From NCBI GenBank assembly GCA_963681965.1, contig OY820579.1, positions 2,976,001-3,040,000 of the forward strand: DNA of 64,000 nt. Direction: 5' to 3'. Below are positions 39,817 to 49,057 of this stretch, one piece after another. The first letter of the stretch is position 1; the number at the start of each line of letters is the position of its first letter. This DNA is from a bacterium. GTDB taxonomy: Bacteria > Electryoneota > JAOADG01. Position numbers and translations under genes: made by a program. Under the pieces are notes generated by a model. That model was not told where the DNA came from and ran no database searches. It was given only the letters and a program-made list of their open reading frames with translations.

Positions 39817-42800
39817 TCAATGTTGCTTGATTTCACCCATCGGTCCCGGTCGATGGTCGGTATCGTAGACTGCTTGATTCATCAAATCGATGGCTTTGTC
39901 AAGTTGTGGATCGCGACCTGCAATGCGATCGGCTGGCGTCATCGGCACAGGATAATCGGGAACACAGCCGTGATGCTCTTCTTCCAGTTTCGTCCCATAC
40001 ACCCACCACCCTCGACCCGGTTGGCGGATATTGCCACCATTGATCGTTTGCCAACCACCGGTCGAAATGACGCCTCCCGCAGTTTCCCAACCGACAACGG
40101 GACCGCGTTTGATTGTCTGAATCGCATGGCTGAAGATCTCGGCATTGGAAAACGATCCTTCGTTACATAATACGGCAATCGGTTTATTCCACCGATACAT
40201 CGGTAATCGGTCCTGCGGAAATCCAATTCCACCACCCCGGCTAATCGTATAGGCATGCTGGGGTTGGGTCAATGTGGTTAATAACAGATCGCAAGTGTGA
40301 CCACCACCGTTATTGCGAACGTCAATAATCAAGGCGTCGCGTCCGTCGGCGGCAGCGTACAAATCGCGTTGGAACAGCTCCATGCTGTGTTCGTCCATCC
40401 CTTGGATATGGATATATGCCACCCGATTCTTAGACTTTTGAGTGACGGTTTCGCGATTTTTCTTCTCCATCTCCTGATATACCAATTGTCTGATCGCAAA
40501 CCAATTTGCCGGAATAACCGAGATTTCCTGTTCTTTGCCCTCTCGGATAATCGTCAAGAGCACCGGTTCACCGGTTTTCCCTTCCAACGGTTTATTCAAA
40601 TTCACTTCGGAAGAGACAGGTTCGCCATTGATCGCGGTTAGAATATCGCCAGGAAGGATTCGCGCTTGCGCTTTATCGCAAGGACCATTGCGAAGCACCG
40701 ATGCAACTTTCAATCCATTTGCCTTATATTTTCGATCGAATGTTAGACCCAGCTCCCCCGCGGTTTGGGTTTTATCGTCATTGCGTGGTTGCGAATAACC
40801 GGTATGACTTGAATTCAATTCACCAAGTAGTAGTTCGACTACATCTTCGAAATCGATATCCGATTTCACATTCATCGCATAGGTTCGATACTTATTGCGC
40901 AATGCTTGCCAGTTGGCACCATGCATCGTCGAATCGTAGTAAGTACTCCCTAATCGGCGCCAGCATTCATCGAGGATCTGAAGCCATTCCCCTGCTTGAT
41001 CGATCCTAAGAGTTGCACGGAAATTAGTATTCTCACTTTTACCTCCATCACTCCCAATGGAAGCCGGAGTGCCATTGCGAAGGAAATAGAAAGTCTTGCC
41101 ATCGGCATCTAGTGTGATACTACCGGGATTAGCACCACCATCAGTGACCGCTTTCAGATCTTCACCAAATCGATTCACCGAATATAAATCACGCTTCTTT
41201 TTCAAATCGGCAGTGAAGTAGAATCGATCTCCTTTCGGATGAATCGCAACGATATTTTCACCACCATTCATATCGGTAATGCGTCTGGCTCGCAAGTAAA
41301 TATCTTCAAAATCGATGACAACACTATCTGCAACTACTCCTTTCGCTTCCGATTTCTTCTCTTTCTTTCCTTTATGATCGGAATCCTTCTTGCTGTCATC
41401 GGATTTATTCTTGTCGCGGGTCTTTTCCCACTCTTTCCATTCTTCATCGGTGCGATCGTTATCGGATTTTCGCAGATAGACAAAATAGACATCCATCTGT
41501 TTGTGATGACGGAGAGATTGCCACGATAGAATGCGACCATCCGCTGACCAAACCGGATTCTCGTCATTGTCCGGGTGCATACTGATGTTTACTGGTGCGA
41601 TACTTCCGTCAACTGGAACGACCCAGATATCACTGTTGAAATCGTAATCTTCAGTTGCATAGGCAATCCATTTGCTATCCGGTGACCAACTGAATTGCGT
41701 TTCCGACCAGGTATTCACTAGGATGTGATCATCCGATCCATCGCTATTCATCATCCGCAATTGTCCTTTACCGTGGATATACGCAATACGATCCCCTTTC
41801 GGCGACCATTTTCCATCATGGCAATCGGCGCTATCTTTGGTCAAGCGGAGTAGATTGAAATGACGTGCTTTCCGGAGTGATACTTTTCCAGTGTCATCGG
41901 GAACGAGTAATGTCAGTGCCTGATAGCCCCATCGATCGGTGGTGAACAAAACGGTGTCGGTGGTTCCCGGCTTAAATGCAGGATTGCAATCGCGCGCGAC
42001 TGATGGCACCGGCACAACGGCTCTGCCACCCAATTCCCGATTGACCAATACAATTTCACCGTGAATCGTCATGGCATAATCAGAACCATCGCTGCTGACC
42101 GCCAATTCTTCAGCATTTGAACTAAACGTGACTTGATTGATCGGACTTTCGATTTCATCATCGGCGATATCGATCTTTAGTTGCTGGAGTTTACCTGGAT
42201 TCGCAAGATCCAGTAAGTAGAGTGAACTATCTGCCTCAATGATTATCCTATGAGTGGTTTGAGACAGTCTCGCGTAACGCGGACCGTCATCCTTAAACGA
42301 AGTGATTTGGATTTTGTTGGTGCCGTCGGAATTCATCCGCCAGATATTGAAACTTCCACTCGAATCACTGATGAAATAGACTAGATTGTCCCTCAAGCTC
42401 CACAGCGGATTGAAATCGTATCCCCGATGAGTCGTCAGTTGGACAGGATCTTTCCCCGTTTCATACCGGTAGATATCCGACTGATCGCTGCCGCGATACC
42501 CTTTCCGTCCGAATAACGTGTGTCCAATCGTCAGTAAATAGGTACTCTCTGAACCGACAGCAACCTCTTCGGCAAAACAATCCACTAATCTAGATGGAGT
42601 ACTTCCAGAAGTTTGAACTTGAAAGATCTGTGGCGACATTGGATAATCGAATTGTCCGCGTGCCGAGTAAAGAATCGATTTTCCATCTCTCGACCAATCT
42701 TGCACGAGTTCGGTCGTTTGTCCATAAGAGAGGCGAATTGGAGTGCCACCATTCGCGGGAATTGCGAAAATATCATGAGTTCCGCTGCGATCGGATGAAA

Positions 42801-43062
42801 ATGCAATGGTTTTTCCATCTGGCGAAAACATCGGCGATCGGTCATATCCAGGATTGGCAGTCAATCGCATCGCCCGACCACCAGCGGATGAAACCGTCCA
42901 AAGGTCACCTTGACAACTGAAAACTAACGTCGATCCATCGGGAGACAATACCGGATAACGTGGGAAAAAAGCAGTAGTAGCATGCACGATCGAGACCGAA
43001 AGTAACAAGAGAAGAGCGAGCATCGTCATAATATTATTGCGGTTAGGACAGTTCGGCATCAT
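39817..43062 (-). CDS. S41 tricorn-like protease (PD40 propellers, PDZ, S41 catalytic domain)
   Basis: SPDG/WSPD repeats, GELNSSH, ILPGDILTAING, LIIDVRNNGGG, SFSNAEIF and TAGGVIST. The start is uncertain. Confidence 0.92.
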   Translation of the reverse strand: MMPNCPNRNNIMTMLALLLLLSVSIVHATTAFFPRYPVLSPDGSTLVFSCQGDLWTVSSAGGRAMRLTANPGYDRSPMFSPDGKTIAFSSDRSGTHDIFAIPANGGTPIRLSYGQTTELVQDWSRDGKSILYSARGQFDYPMSPQIFQVQTSGSTPSRLVDCFAEEVAVGSESTYLLTIGHTLFGRKGYRGSDQSDIYRYETGKDPVQLTTHRGYDFNPLWSLRDNLVYFISDSSGSFNIWRMNSDGTNKIQITSFKDDGPRYARLSQTTHRIIIEADSSLYLLDLANPGKLQQLKIDIADDEIESPINQVTFSSNAEELAVSSDGSDYAMTIHGEIVLVNRELGGRAVVPVPSVARDCNPAFKPGTTDTVLFTTDRWGYQALTLLVPDDTGKVSLRKARHFNLLRLTKDSADCHDGKWSPKGDRIAYIHGKGQLRMMNSDGSDDHILVNTWSETQFSWSPDSKWIAYATEDYDFNSDIWVVPVDGSIAPVNISMHPDNDENPVWSADGRILSWQSLRHHKQMDVYFVYLRKSDNDRTDEEWKEWEKTRDKNKSDDSKKDSDHKGKKEKKSEAKGVVADSVVIDFEDIYLRARRITDMNGGENIVAIHPKGDRFYFTADLKKKRDLYSVNRFGEDLKAVTDGGANPGSITLDADGKTFYFLRNGTPASIGSDGGKSENTNFRATLRIDQAGEWLQILDECWRRLGSTYYDSTMHGANWQALRNKYRTYAMNVKSDIDFEDVVELLLGELNSSHTGYSQPRNDDKTQTAGELGLTFDRKYKANGLKVASVLRNGPCDKAQARILPGDILTAINGEPVSSEVNLNKPLEGKTGEPVLLTIIREGKEQEISVIPANWFAIRQLVYQEMEKKNRETVTQKSKNRVAYIHIQGMDEHSMELFQRDLYAAADGRDALIIDVRNNGGGHTCDLLLTTLTQPQHAYTISRGGGIGFPQDRLPMYRWNKPIAVLCNEGSFSNAEIFSHAIQTIKRGPVVGWETAGGVISTGGWQTINGGNIRQPGRGWWVYGTKLEEEHHGCVPDYPVPMTPADRIAGRDPQLDKAIDLMNQAVYDTDHRPGPMGEIKQH

Positions 43063-43180
43063 TACCCCTGGTTTGAGAAGCTTTGTTGGAATTGACCTAA
43101 TATAATTGAAAAACTGTCAATTCTTCTTGCATGTTGAATTGGCGATCGATAAACTTTGGTGCAGCAAAAGTGAGGAATAT

Positions 43181-43738
43181 ATGCCATTTTTATTTTTAAT
43201 TATTGCCTTAGTCGTCGTAATTCTATGGATTGTAGGAATTTATAATGGATTAGTGCGGGGACGTAAACAAGTCGACAATAGCTGGTCGCAAATCGACGTC
43301 CAATTGAAGCGACGCCACGATCTGATCCCCAATCTGGTTGAAACAGTCAAAGGTTACGCCAAACACGAGCGTGAACTTCTGGAAAACATTACCAAGGCGC
43401 GTGCTCAGGCAGTCGATGCCCGTGATCGAGGGATCGGTCAACAAATCTCTACTGAAAATGCTTTGAGCGGAATGCTTCGAAATCTGATGGTTTCAGTTGA
43501 AGCCTATCCCGATCTGAAAGCCAACACCAACTTTTTAGCACTGCAGGAAGAACTATCCAGCACTGAAAACAAGATTGGCTTTGCCCGACAGCACTACAAC
43601 GATGTTACGACGAATTACAATATTAAAACCGAAGTGTTTCCAAGCAATATTTTCGCCGGGATGTTCGGTTTCAAGCAGTGCGAACTGTGGCAAATCACCG
43701 ATGCCGCTGAGCGCGAAGCACCCAAAGTTTCATTTTAA
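43181..43738 (+). CDS. lemA: LemA family protein
   Basis: WSQIDVQLKRRHDLIPNLV, EAYPDLKA and TENKIGFARQHYN. GAGG RBS. Confidence 0.93.
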   Translation: MPFLFLIIALVVVILWIVGIYNGLVRGRKQVDNSWSQIDVQLKRRHDLIPNLVETVKGYAKHERELLENITKARAQAVDARDRGIGQQISTENALSGMLRNLMVSVEAYPDLKANTNFLALQEELSSTENKIGFARQHYNDVTTNYNIKTEVFPSNIFAGMFGFKQCELWQITDAAEREAPKVSF

Positions 43739-43753
43739 TACTACTATCTCAGC

Positions 43754-44701
43754 ATGAACGAAACGAATCGAGTGACTTTTCTTACTCTTATTGCTCAGAA
43801 CAAGCGCGCCAGCATTCTGTTGACGGTACTGATGTGTCTTCTGATAATGATACTCGGCTTTGTCATCGGCAAAGCTTGGTTCGGCAATGGCGAAATCGGT
43901 ATGGCGCTTGCCTTTGTCTTGAGTGTCGTTTTCAGTTTCATCAGTTGGTACGGTGGTGGCGATATCATTCTTTCGATGTCGGGTGCAAAGCAAATTGAAA
44001 AGAAAGATCACCCGAAACTATTCAATGTGGTTGAAGAAGTCGCGATCGCCGCCGGCATCCCAATGCCGCGGATCTACATCATCGAGGATACCGCTCCGAA
44101 TGCCTTTGCCACCGGTCGCGATCCCGATAATGCGGTCGTTGCAATCACTCGCGGTCTACTCGAAAAATTGGACCGCGACGAGCTGCAAGGTGTGATTGCA
44201 CATGAAATCGCACATATTCGCAATTTCGATATCCGATTTGCGATGCTGATGGCAGTGATGGTCGGCGTGATCGTCTTATTAAGCGATTTCTTTTTGCGTT
44301 CGTCTTGGTTCGGATTAGGTGGTCGTAGACGCGACCGTGACAGCGATAGCGGCGGTGGCGGATACTGGTTTATCGTCGCATTGGTCTTGGCAATTTTAGC
44401 GCCAATCTTTGCGAAAATTATCCAATTGGCGATTAGCCGAAAGCGCGAATATCTTGCCGATGCGACAGCCGTTCAATTTACAAGATATCCTGACGGATTG
44501 GCGCGGGCTTTACAAAAAATCGCCGCAGACGAAGAACCGCTCGAAAGCGCAAATCGTGCGACACAACACTTGTACATCGTCAATCCGTTGAAGAATTTTA
44601 AACAAGGGGTCGATAGTGTGTTCAGTACACACCCCCCCATCGAATCCCGGATCGCACTACTTCGACAACTTGGTGCCGGTCCGACAACTACTCCCAAATA
44701 G
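43754..44701 (+). CDS. htpX: HtpX-like M48 zinc metalloprotease
   Basis: PNAFATGR, ELQGVIAHEIAH, SRKREYLAD and FSTHPP. Follows lemA. Confidence 0.9.
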   Translation: MNETNRVTFLTLIAQNKRASILLTVLMCLLIMILGFVIGKAWFGNGEIGMALAFVLSVVFSFISWYGGGDIILSMSGAKQIEKKDHPKLFNVVEEVAIAAGIPMPRIYIIEDTAPNAFATGRDPDNAVVAITRGLLEKLDRDELQGVIAHEIAHIRNFDIRFAMLMAVMVGVIVLLSDFFLRSSWFGLGGRRRDRDSDSGGGGYWFIVALVLAILAPIFAKIIQLAISRKREYLADATAVQFTRYPDGLARALQKIAADEEPLESANRATQHLYIVNPLKNFKQGVDSVFSTHPPIESRIALLRQLGAGPTTTPK

Positions 44702-44707
44702 GAGGTA

Positions 44708-45241
44708 ATGATGGAAGAATTGAGCCAAGTACCGACCAATACTATTACTCAACCCTCGCCTACTGTTACTCAACCCACGCCGGTATATGCGGGATTTTGG
44801 CGACGTGTTCTTGCTGCGATTATCGATTCGATCTTACTTCAAGTCGTTATGTCGATCATCTCGGTCATTTTCGGTATCGGATCAGCCCTGTCGATGCTCC
44901 CGATGCTGGCAACGGATAACGACGCTGCAATTGCCGGAATGATTGCATCACTCGTCGCATCCATGATGATGTTGATCATCGTCTCAACGATTGTTAACTG
45001 GTTGTATTATTCGTTGATGGAAAGTTCTTCGCTGCAGGCGTCGCTGGGTAAGATGGCAATCGGTATCGTTGTTACCGATCTGGACGGAAATCGAATTACT
45101 TTTTCTCGAGCGACCGGGCGATATTTCTCAAAGATTATCTCGTCGATCATTCTCTGTATCGGCTACATCATGGTCGGCTTTACTGCGAAAAAACAGGGGC
45201 TTCACGATATCATTGCCGGTACGTTAGTCGTCAAAAAGTAA
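44708..45241 (+). CDS. RDD family membrane protein
   Basis: YAGFWRRVLAAIID...QASLGKMAIG...QGLHDIIAGTLVV. Confidence 0.92.
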   Translation: MMEELSQVPTNTITQPSPTVTQPTPVYAGFWRRVLAAIIDSILLQVVMSIISVIFGIGSALSMLPMLATDNDAAIAGMIASLVASMMMLIIVSTIVNWLYYSLMESSSLQASLGKMAIGIVVTDLDGNRITFSRATGRYFSKIISSIILCIGYIMVGFTAKKQGLHDIIAGTLVVKK

Positions 45242-45330
45242 TATCGAATAATCATTCAATTTATGTAGAACCATCATCGCATTGCTCTCCAGCAGTGTGA
45301 ATTAACTAGAACCACTCTTCGGGAGATAAA

Positions 45331-45840
45331 ATGAGCGAATTGGAACAGCAACCGGTAACGCCAGTACCACCGCAACCGTTAGTCAATGCAGGATTTTGGT
45401 TGCGATTGCTAGCACATATTATCGATAAAATTATTGTTTCCTCTTTTCTTTCGATTTTTTCGGTCTTGTTCGGAATTAAAGCGGCAATATCGATGATTCC
45501 CATGTTGATCAATGGCGATGCTGCTACGATCACAACGTTCGTCACAACATTAATTTCATCGATGATGATGTTCATCCCGATCGCGATTCTGACTAAGTGG
45601 CTCTATTTCACGCTGATGGAGAGTTCCTCGATGCAGGCAACTGTAGGGAAAATGGCACTCGGCATCAAAGTAACCGATCTTAACGGTGAAAGAGTTACCT
45701 TTGCACGCGCAACCGGACGTCATTTTTCGAAAATCATCTCATCCGCGATTCTCGGTATCGGCTATATCATGGCAGCATTTACCGAAAAGAAACAGGGATT
45801 GCACGATATCATTGCGGGAACACTTGTCGTAAAAAAGTAG
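45331..45840 (+). CDS. RDD family membrane protein (tandem paralog)
   Basis: AGFWLRLLAHIID...QATVGKMALG...QGLHDIIAGTLVVKK. Confidence 0.92.
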   Translation: MSELEQQPVTPVPPQPLVNAGFWLRLLAHIIDKIIVSSFLSIFSVLFGIKAAISMIPMLINGDAATITTFVTTLISSMMMFIPIAILTKWLYFTLMESSSMQATVGKMALGIKVTDLNGERVTFARATGRHFSKIISSAILGIGYIMAAFTEKKQGLHDIIAGTLVVKK

Positions 45841-45867
45841 ATCGATTGATCACTCTTTGAATGACGT

Positions 45868-45901
45868 AAAAAAAACAGGCATCAGTATGCCTGTTTTTTT
45901 T
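45868..45901. terminator. Bidirectional intrinsic terminator
   Basis: A8-CAGGCAT-CAGT-ATGCCTG-T8. Confidence 0.85.
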
Positions 45902-45916
45902 ACAATGTTGGATGAA

Positions 45917-46135
45917 CTATATCGACATGTCGATTGCTTGACCGAGGAAGCTCACACCGTCGGGACGGAGTCGTTTTTGAAGGTCTTCACGAAGTAATAT
46001 TACACCGGTCGGTTGGTCCAATGGCTGTGGATCGGGAAAAACGACCTCATCACTATACCTCCGACGTTCGCCGGGATAGGCTGAAAGCAAAGGATCCATC
46101 GGTCGAGGACCGCTAATTTCAAAATTTGCAGGCAT
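45917..46135 (-). CDS. Small hypothetical protein (72 aa) ending in GQAIDMSI
   Basis: GAGG RBS 9 nt before the ATG at 46135. The stop lies just before the bidirectional terminator. Confidence 0.5.
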   Translation of the reverse strand: MPANFEISGPRPMDPLLSAYPGERRRYSDEVVFPDPQPLDQPTGVILLREDLQKRLRPDGVSFLGQAIDMSI

Positions 46136-46202
46136 GTGCAAATACCTCAAGCAAAGAGTACAATTTGTCTCAAGTCGTACCTGATTATTGTCGATACATA
46201 AT

Positions 46203-46353
46203 CGCAGGCCAACGGGTTCCACCGCGCCGGTTCCCTAGGTGCAGTTGCCCTCCGGTCAGATCAGCTCTAGTTCCCACCGCCGGAACGGAGCCGTTTGAAC
46301 CTCCGTCGGTCTGGTCATCCAGTACCAGCGGGACTGAACCCTTGGCCGCCCAA
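46203..46353 (-). ncRNA. ssrS: Probable 6S RNA
   Basis: Rod-like fold: closing stem GGCCAAGGGTTC/GAACCCGTTGGCC, inner stem CCGCTGGT/ACCG..GCGG (the G-U pair favours the minus strand), a central bubble and apical stem ACGGAG/CTCCGT. CTGG..ACCAGAC...CGGTGGGAAC resembles, from memory, cyanobacterial-type 6S RNAs. Confidence 0.62.
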
Positions 46354-46364
46354 CTTTAAGTATT

Positions 46365-46399
46365 TCAAAACGACCCCACTAGCGATGAGCGGGGTCGTT
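46365..46399 (-). terminator. Terminator hairpin overlapping the stop of the 46379-46702 ORF
   Basis: Minus strand AACGACCCCGCT-CATCGCT-AGTGGGGTCGTT followed by TT. Confidence 0.6.
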
Positions 46400-46702
46400 C
46401 TGCTCTTCCTCCCGCGGGGTCACCGGTCCGGGGAGATCAAAACCATCGATTAAGCCAAGTCGATACCAACCCAATGAAATCGCTTCGGTGTCTTCGGGTG
46501 TTACCCCTTCGGACGATTCCGGAAGTGCCTTTTGAGCTTCAAACAGCATCCGACCGGCATCGGAAATCTCTACTACATCCACAATCTGATTCACCAGACG
46601 TTCGACTGAAACCGGCATCGATGTTACTTGCAGCGCATACGAAGCCGTGATTGACGGCACCGGCTGTACATTTGATTCAGGAATCGTCTGGAGCGCATTC
46701 AT
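46379..46702 (-). CDS. Small acidic hypothetical protein with DVVEIS motif
   Basis: AAGAGG RBS 8 nt before the ATG at 46702, an upstream sigma54 promoter and a downstream terminator. Confidence 0.6.
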   Translation of the reverse strand: MNALQTIPESNVQPVPSITASYALQVTSMPVSVERLVNQIVDVVEISDAGRMLFEAQKALPESSEGVTPEDTEAISLGWYRLGLIDGFDLPGPVTPREEEQNDPAHR

Positions 46703-46794
46703 TGGGATAACCTCTTTCAAACTCTCCGCTCATCCGGGATTGACACAGATGAGCGGTGACCTATGGGGGCGCAGTACTACTTCGTTAGATGCTT

Positions 46795-46811
46795 ATGCAA
46801 ATGCCGTTCCA
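46795..46811 (-). promoter_or_regulatory. Sigma54 (-24/-12) promoter
   Basis: Minus strand TGGAAC-GGCAT-TTGCAT, which fits GG-N10-GC. Confidence 0.65.
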
Positions 46812-46863
46812 TACTGTTAAGTACAATCATATTAATTGGATAGAAAAAACGTGAATTGAGGAT

Positions 46864-46906
46864 CTGTTACGAAGAGGTAACAGTAACTTGAAGTATAGTT
46901 CAAGTT
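46864..46906. promoter_or_regulatory. Two adjacent perfect palindromes, candidate activator or enhancer sites
   Basis: CTGTTAC-N6-GTAACAG (46864-46883) and AACTTGAA-N6-TTCAAGTT (46885-46906), upstream of the sigma54 promoter. Confidence 0.5.
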
Positions 46907-47454
46907 GGCAGGTGACAACTTCCTCATAATAATCATATATTATTGTTATATTACGACTTAGGAAATTTCAATAACGTTACAAACAGAATTAGTTACACGT
47001 CGCTCTAAATGCTGGAGCAGATCAGAGATACACAAGAGAATCTGGTTTTTACTCAATTATCTGTGAATCTTTCCGATTGAAAAGTACTAGAAGTACTCGG
47101 CGATCTTCTCTTTCATCAAGCGAGGCTAAAATGCTCTTCATACTCAGTGAAGAACATTAGATAATTGTGTAAGATGATGTTAAGTCGTCCAAGTTCACTA
47201 ATTTTGATCAAATGAATTAATATTTTTTTGCCGATGTGATTGACCTTGAAGATCCACACTGACATATTACTCCTGTGAAGAAACAATTTATTAGATCTTT
47301 CGAGAGAATTCTTCACTGTTCATTTTGGCTTCACTTTTTTTATAATCGATGTACTTACTATTCCCTACAAGCAAACGTATTGTTCAAAATCGTCACATAA
47401 TTACTCAATTCAAATAGTCGATTTTTTTTTACCGATGGAGAGATCAATTTTTCA

Positions 47455-49044
47455 ATGATGCTTCTCGTTAAAAGCACACTAATTATTTTTCTCACTACTC
47501 TGCTCTGTCCATTGGCTCGAGCCAATATCTTATTTGTACCGACACAGTTTCAATCGATTGACAGCGCTGAAAGTTCAGCTTCGATGAATGATACAATAAT
47601 TCTATCCAACGGTTCCTATACCGATCAGATAACCCTACATACGTCATTGACGATTGGCTCATTTTATATACTCACTCATGACTCTAATTCGATACGGCAG
47701 ACGAATTGGTTACCGACGAATTCGATTCCATTAATCGATCCTGATTCAAATTCTGTCAATTTGATCGGATTGCACTTTATCTCGTCATCGCAACCAGTAA
47801 CTCAGTTTTGTGTTATCACCGGTCGAGCAAGTGGCTTTCAACTCGATCACTGTGTTTTTTCAGGTACCTTTGATGCCTCGCTAACCAACGTTGCAACCAT
47901 ATCTTTGAATCCTATTTCAGCCGCAAATTTCAATGTGACAAATTGCATTTTCGAGACTACGAATCTAAGTGCAGGTCGGTTGATTGCATTTCTGGGACCC
48001 AACGGTGGTCGGGTTTATATATCGAATTGCGTTTTTTTGGGTCGATCGACCGGTGCTGGACACACAATTTACATCACAAATACTTCAGGCAGCACAGTCG
48101 TTCGGAACTGCCAATTTCGCCATCACGGTGATGGCATTTATATCAGTAGTAATGCTAGTTATGTCGATGGTTGCGAATTTGTCGGATTAAACGATCAAGC
48201 AATTGTGATGCAGGGACGAACCGATTCTGCCATTGTTTCGAACTGTCGGTTCGATTCGATTTCTGCCAATTCAGGTATGTTTGGAGTTGTTGAGTTTTTT
48301 AGTAGTCCGGGTCGAAATATCATGCGGAACTGTACTGTTTCAAATGTCTTTGCTACGAATAATAGTTATTTGCTTTGGATTTCCACATCTTTGGTCCGGA
48401 TATATAATTGCTTGATGTATAACAATATCGTTCTACGTTTCATTAGCCTGACTAATGCTGATTCCGGTTCGAGTTTCGATTCGTGTCGAGTTCGGAATAG
48501 TAGTTTCTTATATGGAGTATATTCATTATCAAACACCCCACGGTTTCATATGTCCTGGTGTGATTTTGACGGAGTATATATTGATACATTGACTCGAAGT
48601 ATCGATTCAATATTTGCCCCGAATTGCTGGTGGGGTGATCCAACCGGACCACGTTATAATGGGAATCCTAATGGCTTAGGGATGCTACTCTCGAATAATA
48701 TTAATCCAATTCCGTGGCGTTTATCGCCCGTTTTTCCTACCGACGAAGTATCCGATCGCAACATTTCAGATCTCCTTCCGAATCGGATATCCGTCGATCC
48801 GGCATTTCCCAATCCATTCAACTCTTCCACCACGCTCTCCTACACCCTTCCGATCAATGCTCACATCGATCTTCGTCTGTACGATCTCAACGGACGTGAG
48901 ATGCAGACACTCGTCAGTCAGCGACAGAATGCCGGCACCTATCGTATACTGCTGGACGGTTCGGGGCATGCTAGCGGAACCTATTTTGTGCGATTGCAGG
49001 CAGGCGAATTTTCGAAGACTCAGAAGATCGTGCTGTTGAAGTAA
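47455..49044 (+). CDS. Right-handed parallel beta-helix protein with T9SS-like CTD
   Basis: VPTQFQSID...DTIILSNGSY start, repeated (V/I)xNCxF coils, APNCWWGDPTGP and CTD AFPNPFN...KIVLLK. Confidence 0.85.
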   Translation: MMLLVKSTLIIFLTTLLCPLARANILFVPTQFQSIDSAESSASMNDTIILSNGSYTDQITLHTSLTIGSFYILTHDSNSIRQTNWLPTNSIPLIDPDSNSVNLIGLHFISSSQPVTQFCVITGRASGFQLDHCVFSGTFDASLTNVATISLNPISAANFNVTNCIFETTNLSAGRLIAFLGPNGGRVYISNCVFLGRSTGAGHTIYITNTSGSTVVRNCQFRHHGDGIYISSNASYVDGCEFVGLNDQAIVMQGRTDSAIVSNCRFDSISANSGMFGVVEFFSSPGRNIMRNCTVSNVFATNNSYLLWISTSLVRIYNCLMYNNIVLRFISLTNADSGSSFDSCRVRNSSFLYGVYSLSNTPRFHMSWCDFDGVYIDTLTRSIDSIFAPNCWWGDPTGPRYNGNPNGLGMLLSNNINPIPWRLSPVFPTDEVSDRNISDLLPNRISVDPAFPNPFNSSTTLSYTLPINAHIDLRLYDLNGREMQTLVSQRQNAGTYRILLDGSGHASGTYFVRLQAGEFSKTQKIVLLK

Positions 49045-49057
49045 TACATATTGTGAA

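Noticed and set aside
46203-46353. SRP RNA, tmRNA, RNase P RNA, tRNA-Sec or a riboswitch
   Set aside because: It lacks the SRP CAGG..GGAA..AGCAG core, tRNA-like ends, the RNase P GAGGAAAGUCC motif and any aptamer consensus I recognise. A rod with a central bubble fits 6S better.
47116-47316. 66-aa ORF in the AT-rich intergenic region
   Set aside because: No RBS or motif, and a composition typical of non-coding DNA.
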